From contig OZ024746.1 of NCBI GenBank assembly GCA_964016885.1, positions 77,438,001 to 77,502,000 of the forward strand: DNA of 64,000 nucleotides, given 5' to 3'. The position numbers were made by a program, and so were the translations under genes. How positions within the stretch are numbered: the stretch's first letter is position 1; every line of letters starts with the position of its first letter. Source of the stretch: Eledone cirrhosa. Taxonomy: Eukaryota. Of this stretch, positions 38,140 through 51,180 are shown one piece after another. The notes under the pieces are model-generated. The model saw nothing but the letters and a program-made list of their open reading frames with translations, ran no database searches and was not told the DNA's origin.

Positions 38140-38598
38140 ATATTTGGGGAGGGTCATATTTGCGTAATATTGCCAGAATTAATAACAGAACACACTCAAT
38201 GTATATATATATATATGTATGTATATATGTATGTATATATATATATGTATGTATATATGTATGTATATATATATATGTATGTATATATATATGTATGTAT
38301 ATATATATATGTATATATATATGTATATATATGTATATATATATGTATATATATGTATGTTTATATATATGTATATATATGTATGTTTATATATATGTAT
38401 ATATATGTATGTATGTATGTATATATATGCATATATATATGTATATGTACGTATGTATGTATGTATGTATGTATATATATATATGTATATATGTATATAT
38501 ATATATATATACATATACATACATATATATACATATACATACATATATATACATATATATATACATATATATATACATACTTACATATATATACATAC

Positions 38599-38629
<31 letters not shown>

Positions 38630-38654
38630 CATACATATATATATGTATGTATAC

Positions 38655-38700
<46 letters not shown>

Positions 38701-38720
38701 GTATATATATGTATGTATAC

Positions 38721-38753
<33 letters not shown>

Positions 38754-38889
38754 TATGTATATATATGTATGTATATAAATGTATGTATATATATATATGT
38801 ATGTATATAAATGTATGTATATATGTATGTATATATATATATATGTATGTATATATATATATATGTATGTATATATATATATATGTATG

Positions 38890-38922
<33 letters not shown>

Positions 38923-39003
38923 GTATGTATATATATATATATGTATGTATGCATATATACATACATATATATATATGTATATACATATATATATATATGT
39001 ATG

Positions 39004-39044
<41 letters not shown>

Positions 39045-39061
39045 GTATATATATATGTATG

Positions 39062-39102
<41 letters not shown>

Positions 39103-39128
39103 ATATATATGTATGGATGTATGTATAT

Positions 39129-39194
<66 letters not shown>

Positions 39195-39416
39195 ATATGT
39201 ATGTATATATGTATGTATATACATACATATATATGTATATATGTATGTATATACATACATATATATGTATATAAGTATGTATATACATATATATATGTAT
39301 ATATATATATATGTATGTATATATGTACGTATATATATATATATATGTATATATATGTATATATGTACGTATATATATATATATATATGTACGTATATAT
39401 ATATATATATATATAC

Positions 39417-39483
<67 letters not shown>

Positions 39484-39812
39484 TATACATATATATGTAT
39501 ATATGTACGTATATATATCTGTGTGTGTATGTGGCTCTCAATCACTTTCCATCTCCCACCCTCTAATATCTCTATCTCTATCCATCTCTATGACTGGGAA
39601 TCTATGATCTACATATATTCATCATTTTCAATCTGTGTCTGTCTGTCTGTCTGTCTGTATCTTAGTCTGTGTCTATCACTATGTCTCTCTCTCTCTCTCT
39701 AGCACTATCTTACATTTTCTATGTTTTTAGAAACATCTCTTTCTTAGAATGTCTTTCATCTTTACTATTTACCATCCACCATGTCTACCTCTCTCTCTCT
39801 GTCTCTCTGTAT

Positions 39813-39914
<102 letters not shown>

Positions 39915-40122
39915 ACACACACACACACACGTCCCTCCGACACATCTCTCTTCATTTTGAAATTTATTTTCAACATCCATATGATTCTAAAATTCTCTTA
40001 TCTCCCCCTCCCACCACCTTTGTGTTCTTCTGGCAGCCAATAAATACATTATGTCTTCTTTAGTTTTACTTTGGTTAGCTTTTTAGTTTTTTTCTTTAAC
40101 TATATATGTATTTTTCCCCCAT

Positions 40123-40544
40123 TGGAAAAGAATGAAACGAAATTTCATTTCTCACTCTTAGTACGGCTGATACATAAATGTAAGTGTGTATGTATACGTA
40201 CATACATATATGTATACAGACGTACAGTAGTATGTATATATATATATATACATACATGCACACATATATATATATGTACGTATGGGTTTACTGAACATTT
40301 ATTATAATGTTCGGTTAGTTTGTAAACAAACAAACAACCCGAATTACGCCGTACAGTGTTCAGGCAACTATCGTCGCCTTTTTGTTCAACACTGACACAG
40401 GAAGGATGTACTAGTTTCAAGCTTATTAGCTATCGTCAGCATCATATACCTTCCTGCCAGATGGTTCGAACGTCTGAAAGTATATACTTTCCTTATGCAT
40501 ATTAACGGCTGAGCAGCCTAATTTGCATATCGAGTGAGTTAGTC
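40123..40544 (-). mobile_element. Non-coding HHR-containing retroelement monomer (retrozyme-like or PLE pLTR-derived)
   Basis: Contains the HHR, several hairpins and AATAAA; no credible ORF; repeated at 23652-23913 and inverted at 40543-40794. Confidence 0.75.
40392..40460 (-). ncRNA. Type I hammerhead ribozyme with extended, bulged stem I
   Basis: Reverse complement: CAGGAAG-gtatat-GATG-CTGACGA-t-AGCT-aata-AGCT-t-GAAA-CTAG-TA-CATC-CTTCCTG; GUA triplet, predicted cut between 40409 and 40408; palindromic stem III ACTAGT. Confidence 0.88.
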
Positions 40545-40790
40545 ACTCGATATGCAAATTAGGCTGCATTAGAACAAAAGGGTGACGATGGTTGCCTGAA
40601 CACTGTACGGCATAATTCGGGCTGTTTGTTTGTTTACAAACAAACAAACTAAACATTATAATAAATGTTCGGTAAACCCATATGTACATATATATATGTG
40701 TGCATGTATGTATACATATATATATATATGTGTGCATGTATGTATATGTGTGCATGTATGTATACATACTTATGTACATATACATACATA

Positions 40791-40841
<51 letters not shown>

Positions 40842-41113
40842 TGTGTAACAGTCTACCATTTCTGCCACTTTTCTTATGAAACAACTCTTTCAGTTGTCTT
40901 TTGTTTATCATGGTAGTTAATAAGTAATGGCTTTTCACTGGCACACACAGTAAAGTGTGTTGTCATTACTGAAGTCCTGCTCTCACCAGTGAAAACATCT
41001 GTTGTGAGAATATCTAGCTGTCTTGCATAGAGGAATTGATGTAAATTATAGGTGGATGGAAAGATGGTGACAATGGCGATTGTAGTTAGCATGACTATAT
41101 GTAGACATGATAA

Positions 41114-41153
<40 letters not shown>

Positions 41154-41192
41154 CTTATGAGGGAGACAGTGTGATGGATCAGTAGTATCGAG

Positions 41193-41397
41193 ACTAATAA
41201 TTGTTTCTACTTTAGGCACAAGGCCAGCAATTATCCCAGTGCGTTACTGGTACTTTATTTTATCGACCCCGTAAGGATGAAAGGCAAAGTCAACCTCGGC
41301 ATATTATTAGTATCCTTACGGGGGTCGATAAAATAAAGTACCAGTAATGCACTGGGTAATTGCTGGCCTTGTGCCTAAAGTAGAAACAATTATTAGT
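41193..41397. mobile_element. Two oppositely oriented SINE-B 3' halves forming a ~86-bp-arm inverted repeat
   Basis: 41193-41278 is the near reverse complement of 41312-41397; 19-bp direct repeat at 41183-41201 and 41394-41412. Confidence 0.9.
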
Positions 41398-42636
41398 ATC
41401 GAGACTAATAATATGTGGCTGCTTAATTACTTTGTATTAGCCTCTATATCGATTTATTATGATTAATCAACCTTTGGAAACGATCGTAAATCAATGAACT
41501 GATTAAACACCAATCTTTGCCTTTTGTTTATATTGTTCAACACTCACGCAGGCACGCACGCACGCACGCGCACACACACACACACACACGTGGATTGTGT
41601 GTGCCTGTATGTGTCATATATATATATATATATAGATATAGATATACATATATATACTTATATATGCTCATTATATGTGTGTGTCTGTATGTGATGCTGG
41701 TGTCCCATTTTATTCTGTTCTGGTGACTTATATATGCTCTGTTATTATTAGACTGTTTTCTATTGTTAAAATACCGTGAAAGTTACTAATTCAATTTTAA
41801 ATAATGATGATGATGATGATGATGAATGATGATGATTTCTTTATTAGCTATAAGTGTTTGCATATAGAGTAAACACTATAAAGTTATAGGTTAAAATACA
41901 TGTGGGGCTGGATAGACCAAGTTATATAAATATGAAGGTAGGGGCAAGTGTAAATGTTTGCATATACAGTAAACACTATAAAGTAAGAGGTTAACCCTTT
42001 AGCATTTACATTACTCTTATACATACTATTGTATTTTTGCAGTAAAGGCTTTATCTCACATAATATCGAATCTATGAGATTTTGATATTATTTATTTTGA
42101 GAACAATACCTTAACATCAGTATGAGCAGGTCAGTTATGGACTTATGGCCAGTTTGAACAGAAAGAGTGAGAGAATTCTGGATGAATACGGGTGGTTTAA
42201 ATGCTAAAGGGTATAAATATGAAGGTAGGCGGAAGTATATGTTATATAATCAATAGACAGATCAATTTGATAAAACATGAATTAAGTTTTGGTCAAGTCA
42301 GAACACAATACATTCCTGCTAACCCACCCTGCATTATATATTTCCTGGAGGTCACCAAAATCCTTCATAAGCATTTCTTTGTTGGCTTTATCCACAAAAT
42401 CACCCACATCTTCTGGACAGAAGTTCTTTATATGTTTGTGTACTTCTTTTGTTATTAGAAGTAAGAATGTATCATTCAGGAACTCTCGGTAACAATCCTA
42501 TTTTTCTGAACCCATTCACATATTGCATGTGTTTCCTTCCTCCAATTCATACAATTTCTTAAGCAACCTAGTATTGGTAATTCTGACTGGCATCATGTAT
42601 TTCAAGAAGTTGCACTGTTTAACTTGTATTTCTTCT

Positions 42637-42678
<42 letters not shown>

Positions 42679-42717
42679 TCCTGACAGAATTGGGTTTTTT
42701 CTTCTATTTCTTCTCTT

Positions 42718-42750
<33 letters not shown>

Positions 42751-43494
42751 TACAATAGTAAAAGTCATTATTTATTCATTTATATTTTGCATTTACACTT
42801 TACCACATTTTAGTGTATAAATTGTGTTTTTACTGCTCTTTTTGGCAAGCAAGTGCCCTCAGTAAAGCATTTTATTGTTTACACATAATGTTCATGCTTG
42901 TGGTAGCATATGGTATTATAGTTCCGAAAAACACACCCATCTTTTCTCTTCATCTATTTTAACAAGTCCTCAAGGGTATTAGATTCCTTCACAGTTTTTC
43001 AATATGTGGTGGCTGTTGTATATGTGTGTGTTTGTTTTGTAAATGTGACTTTGTTAAAGAATACTCACATACACGCATACACACTGTTCTTGAGTATGCA
43101 TATGCTCCAAAGTGTGCACACACGCGAGCACACATACATATGCACGCATGCTTTGTTTCAGAACATACACACACACTCACACATGAAGTTTATTTATGTT
43201 TTTTAGTGGATCTGAGAGCATGTTTGTAATATGTGAATGCTCTGTGAGTGTATGTTGTCTTGCAATTGTTCAGTTTTGGAACACACACACACATATTTAT
43301 ACACACGCACGCACACACACACACATACACACACACACCCACACACACACATGTAAATAAGTACTCTAGTGAATGCAACAGCATACACACACATACATGT
43401 GTGAGTGTGTGTGTGTGCGTGCATGTATACACGTAGGTCTGTGTATGTATAAGTCTAAATATGTGTTGATATGTATGCACCTCTGTATGATATG

Positions 43495-43559
<65 letters not shown>

Positions 43560-43863
43560 ATACACATGTGCAGATACTCATGTATTTACATGAGTAAGGA
43601 TGTATGAGATTGTGTGAAACAGGAAAACAAGGAGTGTAAACGTGTTGGCCTGTGTTGCTGCGTATGTGAATGTATATGTATATATTCACCTATCTCATAC
43701 TCACACACACATTCATACAACACAGGTACAGCATATACATACATACATCGTCACTGCACCCTTGTGACTCTGTCCTTGCTTTTAAGTGATTATCCAGAAG
43801 ATTGTAGAAAGTAAGCAACAAGCCAGCAGAAATACACTCACACATATACATATATACATATAT

Positions 43864-44210
43864 GGAGGCACATGACTTAGTGGTTAGAGCATTGGCCTTG
43901 CAATCGAAAGGTTGTGAGTTCAATTCTCAGACCGGGTGATGTGTTGTTTCTTTGAGCAAGACACTTTATTTCACATTGCTCCAGTTTACTCAGCTGTAGA
44001 AATAAGATGATAGGGACTGGGGTCCCTATCATTCCACTGCAAAGCGGTCGTGGAGGTGCCACGGCAAAAAAGCACCCAGCACTCACTGTAAAATGAGGTT
44101 GGTGTTAGGAAGGGCATCCAGCTGTAGAAATCAAGCCAGAATCAGTTCCCATCCCACCCTTGCAAGCAGGGAAAAAGCGGACGTAAAAAATGAAATGAAA
44201 TGAAAATGAA
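43864..44210 (+). mobile_element. SINE-A, full length, (TGAAA)n tail
   Basis: Highly similar to 59523-59867. Confidence 0.95.
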
Positions 44211-44564
44211 TATATACACTCTCACATACATATATAAATTCTCACATACATATACATATATATATGTACATATATAGATACACACACAAACATTCTCACA
44301 TACTTATAAACACACATTTACATACATACAAACATGCCACGTCGTACATACACGCAGATACTCTCACATATATTCACTCACTCATTCATTCATACATACA
44401 TACAAACACCCTCAACTTCACATACAAACACGCTAATACCCTTGTATACATATTGTCGGGTGGGTGATTAAGTGCACTTCAACAATTCTGAGAATTCATT
44501 GATTGTATAAGAAAATGTTTATGTGAGAATTATTATTATTAGTAGTATTTATTATTATTATTTG

Positions 44565-45585
44565 CTCTGTTAAAATCAACTTTACCTTTCAACTTTACCT
44601 TTCATCCTTCTGTGGTCAATAAAATGAAGTATTTGAGTTGGATGTAATCAACTGTACCCCTTCATATCCCAAAATTGCTGGCCATGCACCTAAATTATAA
44701 ACTGGCAGCATCGGTAGAAGGTCGGACACTATGCTTTGCAGCATGGAGTTTCGGCCCTTTACGATCTAAGTTCAAATCCTGCCGAGGTTAACTTTGCCTT
44801 TCATCCTTACGGGGGTCGAAAGTACCAGTTATACATTGAGATAATTGCTGGCTTTGTGCCAAAAGTAGAAACATTATTATTATTATTGTTATTATTCAAA
44901 TCTCATTGAGGTCAACTTTAACTTTCATCACTCCGGGAATCAATAAAAGAAAGTACCAGTGAAGTACTAAGGTTGATTTAGTTGACTTTACTCTCCTTCC
45001 GAAACTGTGGACCTTCCGTCTAGATCAGAAACCATTATTTTAAGAGCCATTCTGAGTTCAAATCCCGCCATGGTTAACTTTGCCTTTCATCCTTACGGAG
45101 TCGATAAAATGAAGTACCAGTAATACACTGGGTGATTGCTGGCCTTGTGCCAAAAGTAGAAACAATTATTTTAAGAGCCATGGATTGGCAGTATTGGTAG
45201 AGCATCAGACAACATAATTCACGGCATATAGTTAGAGCCCTTTACGTTCTGAGTTCAAATTCCACCGAGCTTAGCTTTGCCTTTCATCCTTATGGGGTTG
45301 ATTAAATAATGTACCAGTTACGCACTGGGGTTGATTTAAACTTCTTTCCCATCCCCCAAAATTGTAGTCTTTGTGCTTAAATCAGAAACTCTTATCATTA
45401 TGAGGGTGGTGGACTGGTAGTGTTGGACAATTTGCATTACACATAGAGTTATGGTTCTTTACGTTCTGAGTTCAAATCCCGCCGAGATTAGCTTTGCCTT
45501 CCTTACGGGGTCGATAAAATAAAGTACCAGTAATGCACTGGGATAATTGCTGGCCTTGTGCCAAAAGTAGAAACAATTATTATAA
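44565..45585 (+). mobile_element. Cluster of about six head-to-tail SINE-B copies of differing age
   Basis: Core motif recurs near 44600, 44795, 44920, 45080, 45277 and 45495. Confidence 0.88.
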
Positions 45586-46222
45586 GGACGATGGATTAAC
45601 AGAATCATTAGAGCATCAGGCAAAATTAAGGTGTTTCATTGTCAGGATCATTGGAGAATGTGGCAAAATGCTTGTTACTATTCTATCTACCTATACACTC
45701 TGGACACACAATGGCAGAATGGTTAAGATGTTTGTTTCACAATTGTTAGTTCCCTGGTTCAATCCCACTAGGTGGCATTGTGAGCAAGTGTCATTTACCA
45801 TAGCCACAGGTTAGCCCATGCTTTGTGAATCAATCACATGGACTGCACCTGTAATTTAAAGGGCTAGTCTTGTCACACACACACCCACTGTGTCTTGCTG
45901 AATCTCCCTGAGAATTACATTAAGGGTACATCTCTCTGTAGGATACTCAGACATTTAGCCATTAATTTCACAAGCAGATTGTTCTGTACATTAAACAATT
46001 GGAACACTTATCACCAAAACCGATGGAAGCCCATACCAAACTATACGCTATCGTTGACAATGAGAAAGACTCATGTACATGCACAATCCTCCTCCTACCC
46101 ATCTCTTACCACCGCTCCCCTCCCTCCTTATAATGGAACATGTTTTATCTACTAAGTCAACCTTCCATCTATCCAACTTTGCCTATTATGTAATAGAAAC
46201 GTTTTTGTGTGTGTTTTCCTTT

Positions 46223-46325
46223 AATCTGTGTACGTGTTTATATATGTATATATCAGTGTATGTGCTCATGAAAGATAGTGTTTGTGTTCTTTCTTTAATC
46301 TGTATGCATATAGGTGTGTGTATAT

Positions 46326-46373
<48 letters not shown>

Positions 46374-46379
46374 GTGTGT

Positions 46380-46419
<40 letters not shown>

Positions 46420-46440
46420 TCACACATACATATATAAATA

Positions 46441-46506
<66 letters not shown>

Positions 46507-46614
46507 ATCTGTGTACGTATTTATATATGTATATATCAGTGTATGTGCTCATGAAAGATAGTGTTTGTGTTCTTTCTTTAATCTGTATGCATATAGGTGT
46601 GTGTATATACACAT

Positions 46615-46701
<87 letters not shown>

Positions 46702-46745
46702 CACACATACATATATATACATTCACACATACATATATAAATACC

Positions 46746-46800
<55 letters not shown>
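46223..46800. repeat. Local tandem duplication, period 283 bp
   Basis: AATCTGTGTACGT.TTTATATATGTATATATCAGTGTATGTGCTCATGAAAGATAG... starts at both 46223 and 46506. Confidence 0.9.
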
Positions 46801-46994
46801 GTGTGTATATGCATCTGTTCATGAAAGTATGTTAGTGATTTTTTTCTGTATGTATATATGTATGCATGTGTTCATGAATAATAGTTTTTTTTTACATTAA
46901 TCTGTGTTATGTGTATGTTTCTCTTTAATCTATATATATATATATATATATATGTGAGCTCATGAGATTGTATGAGTATGAATTCATGAATGTA

Positions 46995-47456
46995 TCTAAA
47001 CTATAATAAAGTAAGGAATGCGGGACAGCATCCAGAATATATTTTTTTATCCCGTTTGTAAAATAAGTTGGATTACTTTGAATAAATAATGAATGAATAT
47101 CACATAATTTATCTACTAAATTTCGTTATTCTTGATTAAATATAAATAATTTTGTTGCTTATTTTAAGATTCACTTCTGGTTAACGATCGCTTAAATAAA
47201 CATTTATATATTTCCGTCACTAATTTTCCCCTAATGCAGTTTATATATAATATCGTCTTATTTAATGTATCATGGATTATGTTACTGGTTACATAAGAGA
47301 GTGTAACACAGTCTTCGTTCAATTTCTGTGTATATTGTCAATTACAATTTTATTTGATGTATCATATCTACATGTATATATATACTTGCGTATAATATCA
47401 ATATACACACTACACATGCTAGCAGAAAACCATCCGAACGGTGGTTTTTCTGCTAG
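46995..47456 (+). mobile_element. Probable non-autonomous Helitron (462 bp)
   Basis: A|TCTAAACTATAATAAAG 5' end; subterminal hairpin CTAGCAGAAAACCA-TCCGAACGG-TGGTTTTTCTGCTAG; ends CTAG|T; no TSD. Confidence 0.6.
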
Positions 47457-47620
47457 TACATGTAAAAATCCATTTACAATTTGCAGAATCTTGGTTAACA
47501 TTTCTATGACAAATAGTCTATATTATGAAAGTGTGTGTGTGTGTTTTGTGTGTATGTTATATATATATATATATATTTATTTATGTATGTATGCTTGCAG
47601 ACATACACGTACATATATGG

Positions 47621-47660
<40 letters not shown>

Positions 47661-47995
47661 GAGGCACATGGCTTAGTGGTTAGAGCATTGGCCTTGCAAT
47701 CGAAAGGTTGTGGGTTCAGTTCTCAGACCGGGTGATTTGTTGTTTCCTTGAGCAAGACACTTTATTTCACATTGCTCCAGTTTACTCAGCTGTAGAAATG
47801 AGATGATAGGGACTGGGGTTCATATCATTCCACTGCAAAGTGGTCGTGGAGGTGCCACGGCAAATAAGCACCCAGCACTCACGCACTGTAAATGAGGTTG
47901 GTGTTAAGAAGGGCATCCAGCTGTAGAAATCAAGCCAGAATCAGTACCCGTCCCACCCTTGCAAGCAGGGAAAAGCGGACGATGATGATGATGAT
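47661..47995 (+). mobile_element. SINE-A, full length
   Basis: A/B boxes, CORE-like region, RTE-1 tail. Confidence 0.95.
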
Positions 47996-48006
47996 ATATA
48001 TATTGA

Positions 48007-48040
<34 letters not shown>

Positions 48041-48430
48041 TCACTATGCACACACACACACACACGCCAAACCATATATGTTGAAGCAGTGCAACATGTG
48101 TAAACTAATAGGTCAATAATACAATTGTCACCAAAGAGCAAAGTGAGAGGAAATAGATGGATTGGTGGCGGTGATGGCAATCGTGGTGGTGGGGAAACAA
48201 CAAATAGTATACAGAAAAGAAAGAAGTTTAATTTAAAATCAGTAATTAAAATAAAAAAAAATAAGCAAATTACTTCTATTACATAAACATTTTTTCTATT
48301 ACCCTCAGTTAAAGATTCCATTATCTTCGACTTTAGATTTTTTATATATCCTTTGTATAAATTTACACACACATACATACATCCATACACATACCTACTT
48401 GTGAATGTGTGTATAATCTTAAAACGGTGA

Positions 48431-48473
<43 letters not shown>

Positions 48474-48693
48474 CATACATACAACGATATATATATAATC
48501 AGCGTTTTATGATACACATGCACACACACACACATATATGTGCGTGTACAAACACAGATACTTATGTGTGTGTATTTATAGATGTATATACATATACTGT
48601 ATGCAAGTGTATATATATATGTGTGTGTGTGGGGGGGGGGTGTAGTCTATATATATATATATATATATATAGACTACACCCCACCCCCCTACA

Positions 48694-48751
<58 letters not shown>

Positions 48752-49403
48752 CATACACACACACTCATATGCAAGCCTCTGCGTGTGTATTTGTAGATAT
48801 ATATACCTATATGTGCATACCTATACCTGTGTTTATGTGTGTGTATGGGGTGGGGGTGTATGGGGCGGGGGTGTATTCACCTCCACAAAGAAATGCAACA
48901 CACCAACGCTTTTAATATCTAAGTTGCCAATCTTAAATTAAACTGCAATTTCTGGAACCTATTTCTTTGTAACCCATTCACATCATGTCTGATGGCACAT
49001 CATAACATTTTTAAAGTGATGCTTGCTCTGTCTCTTTGTTGTTAGCACTGTTGTTGTTGCTGTTGTTGCAGTTGTCGTTTATGTTTCTATATACCTTTCA
49101 AACATTTTTTTTCTTTCTTTAGTTAATTATGTCAAAGTTTGTTTACTATCTCTGAGATTTCATTTCAGAGATCTGTCTCACTCCATTCTCCTTCTCCCCT
49201 CTCCACCTCTGCCTCCTCCCACAACTGTCAACACCACCACCACCACCACCACCACCACCATCACCCACATTAGTTCCATTTGTGGACACTTACAGCCTTC
49301 ATTGTCTATGTCACTGACATTAATGTTTCTCTCTTACAATATGAATTCTGAAATGGTATGTTAATGTTGGTACTACAAAAAAAAAAAAAAAAAATGGAAC
49401 TAA

Positions 49404-49752
49404 TCCACTCTGTAAAGTGGTAGTGCTAGTAGCTAAAATAAAGTACACCCAGCTCACTCTGTAATGTGGTAGTGCTGGTACCTAAAAAAAGTACACCCAA
49501 CCCACTCTGTAAAGTGGTAGTGCTGGTGTCATAAAAAAGTACACCCAGCCCACTCTGTAAAGTGGTAGTGCTGGTGCCACAAAAAAGTACACCCAGCCCA
49601 CTCTGTAAAGTGGTAGTGCTGGTGCCATAAAAAAGTGCACCCAGCCCACTCTGTAAAGTGGTAGTGCTGGTGCCATAAAAAAAAAAATGCAACCAGCCCA
49701 CTCTTTGAAGCAGTAGTGCAAGTGCCGTGAAAGATGCACCCAGTACACCCTG
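49404..49752. repeat. 48-bp minisatellite, about 7 copies, related to 620-1915
   Basis: Unit CCCACTCTGTAAAGTGGTAGTGCTGGTGCCATAAAAAAGTACACCCAG with period 48 (49501, 49549, ...). Confidence 0.9.
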
Positions 49753-49989
49753 TAGTTGTTGTTACTGTTTGTTATTGTAGGTGCTGTAGTAGTATTTATC
49801 AGTGGTCTGCCAACTATTAGCCAAATATTTAACTCTGATGTGCTTGTTGCCACATAATTGCCAGTTGATGTTGTTACTCTTGTTTTTTGTAGCAGGATTC
49901 ATTGTTATTGTTGTTGGTTACCATTGCCATCAACACTGCCACCACAAACCCTCACCACAACCACAACAATATAAACAAATTCTACACTC

Positions 49990-50450
49990 CCCTAAGACCC
50001 CCCCCCCCATAACCACAACAAACCATTATCACCATCATCACCTTCACCACCACCACCACTATCACTACCACCACTAACACCACCACCACCACTATCACTA
50101 ACACTACCACCACTACCACTATCAATAACATCACTACCACTATCAATAACATCACTACCACTATCAATAGCATCACTATGGTTATCACCTAACACCACTA
50201 CCACTACCGCTATCACTAACACCACCACCACCACTAACACCACCACCACTACCACTAATACCATCACCACCACAACAACAAACTACCACCATCATCAACA
50301 CCTCCACCACCTCTAACACCAACACCACCACAACAACGAGAAACTATCACCACTGCCAACACGACAACCCATCACCACCACAACAACAAGAAACTATCAC
50401 CAACACTACAACCACCACTAACACCACCACTAACACCACCATATCACCTA
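49990..50450. repeat. (CCA/CTA)n low-complexity tract
   Basis: Degenerate trinucleotide repeats. Confidence 0.85.
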
Positions 50451-50808
50451 GACAAATTCTACACAACCATTTGCCGCCATCAATCATTGTGCAATTCTGA
50501 TCATGTCTTTGTGTATTATGTCTTTCCTTCCACAGTCTATAAGCCAATCTATAGTTTGTTATTTGCTTCAATATGGTTATGGTGGTGGGTCTCCATAAAT
50601 ATGTGCTCTGTAATTACTAAAGCAAACCTTTAGTTTATCTGTCAATGTTTGGTGAGCAAAGCATAGTTTCTTTTAAGTGTTTACACAGTACTACAAATAC
50701 ACTTGAATTCACAAAGGGGAAATGAATTTGTTTAACCTCATGGAGTGAGTGCAGTTTTGTACATTTATATATGTATCTCCCTTCCTCACCCACCCGGGCT
50801 TTCTTTTT

Positions 50809-50862
<54 letters not shown>

Positions 50863-50876
50863 AGTGTGTATATATA

Positions 50877-50922
<46 letters not shown>

Positions 50923-51086
50923 ATGTATAACCCATGCTAGCATGGAAAAATGGCCAAGTAATAGTGATGATGATGATATATATGTCCTACCCATGCCAGC
51001 GTGGAAGATGGATGTTAAACAATGGTGATGATGATGATGATGATAATATATATATATGTATGTATGTGTGCGTGTGTATGTATATA

Positions 51087-51180
<94 letters not shown>

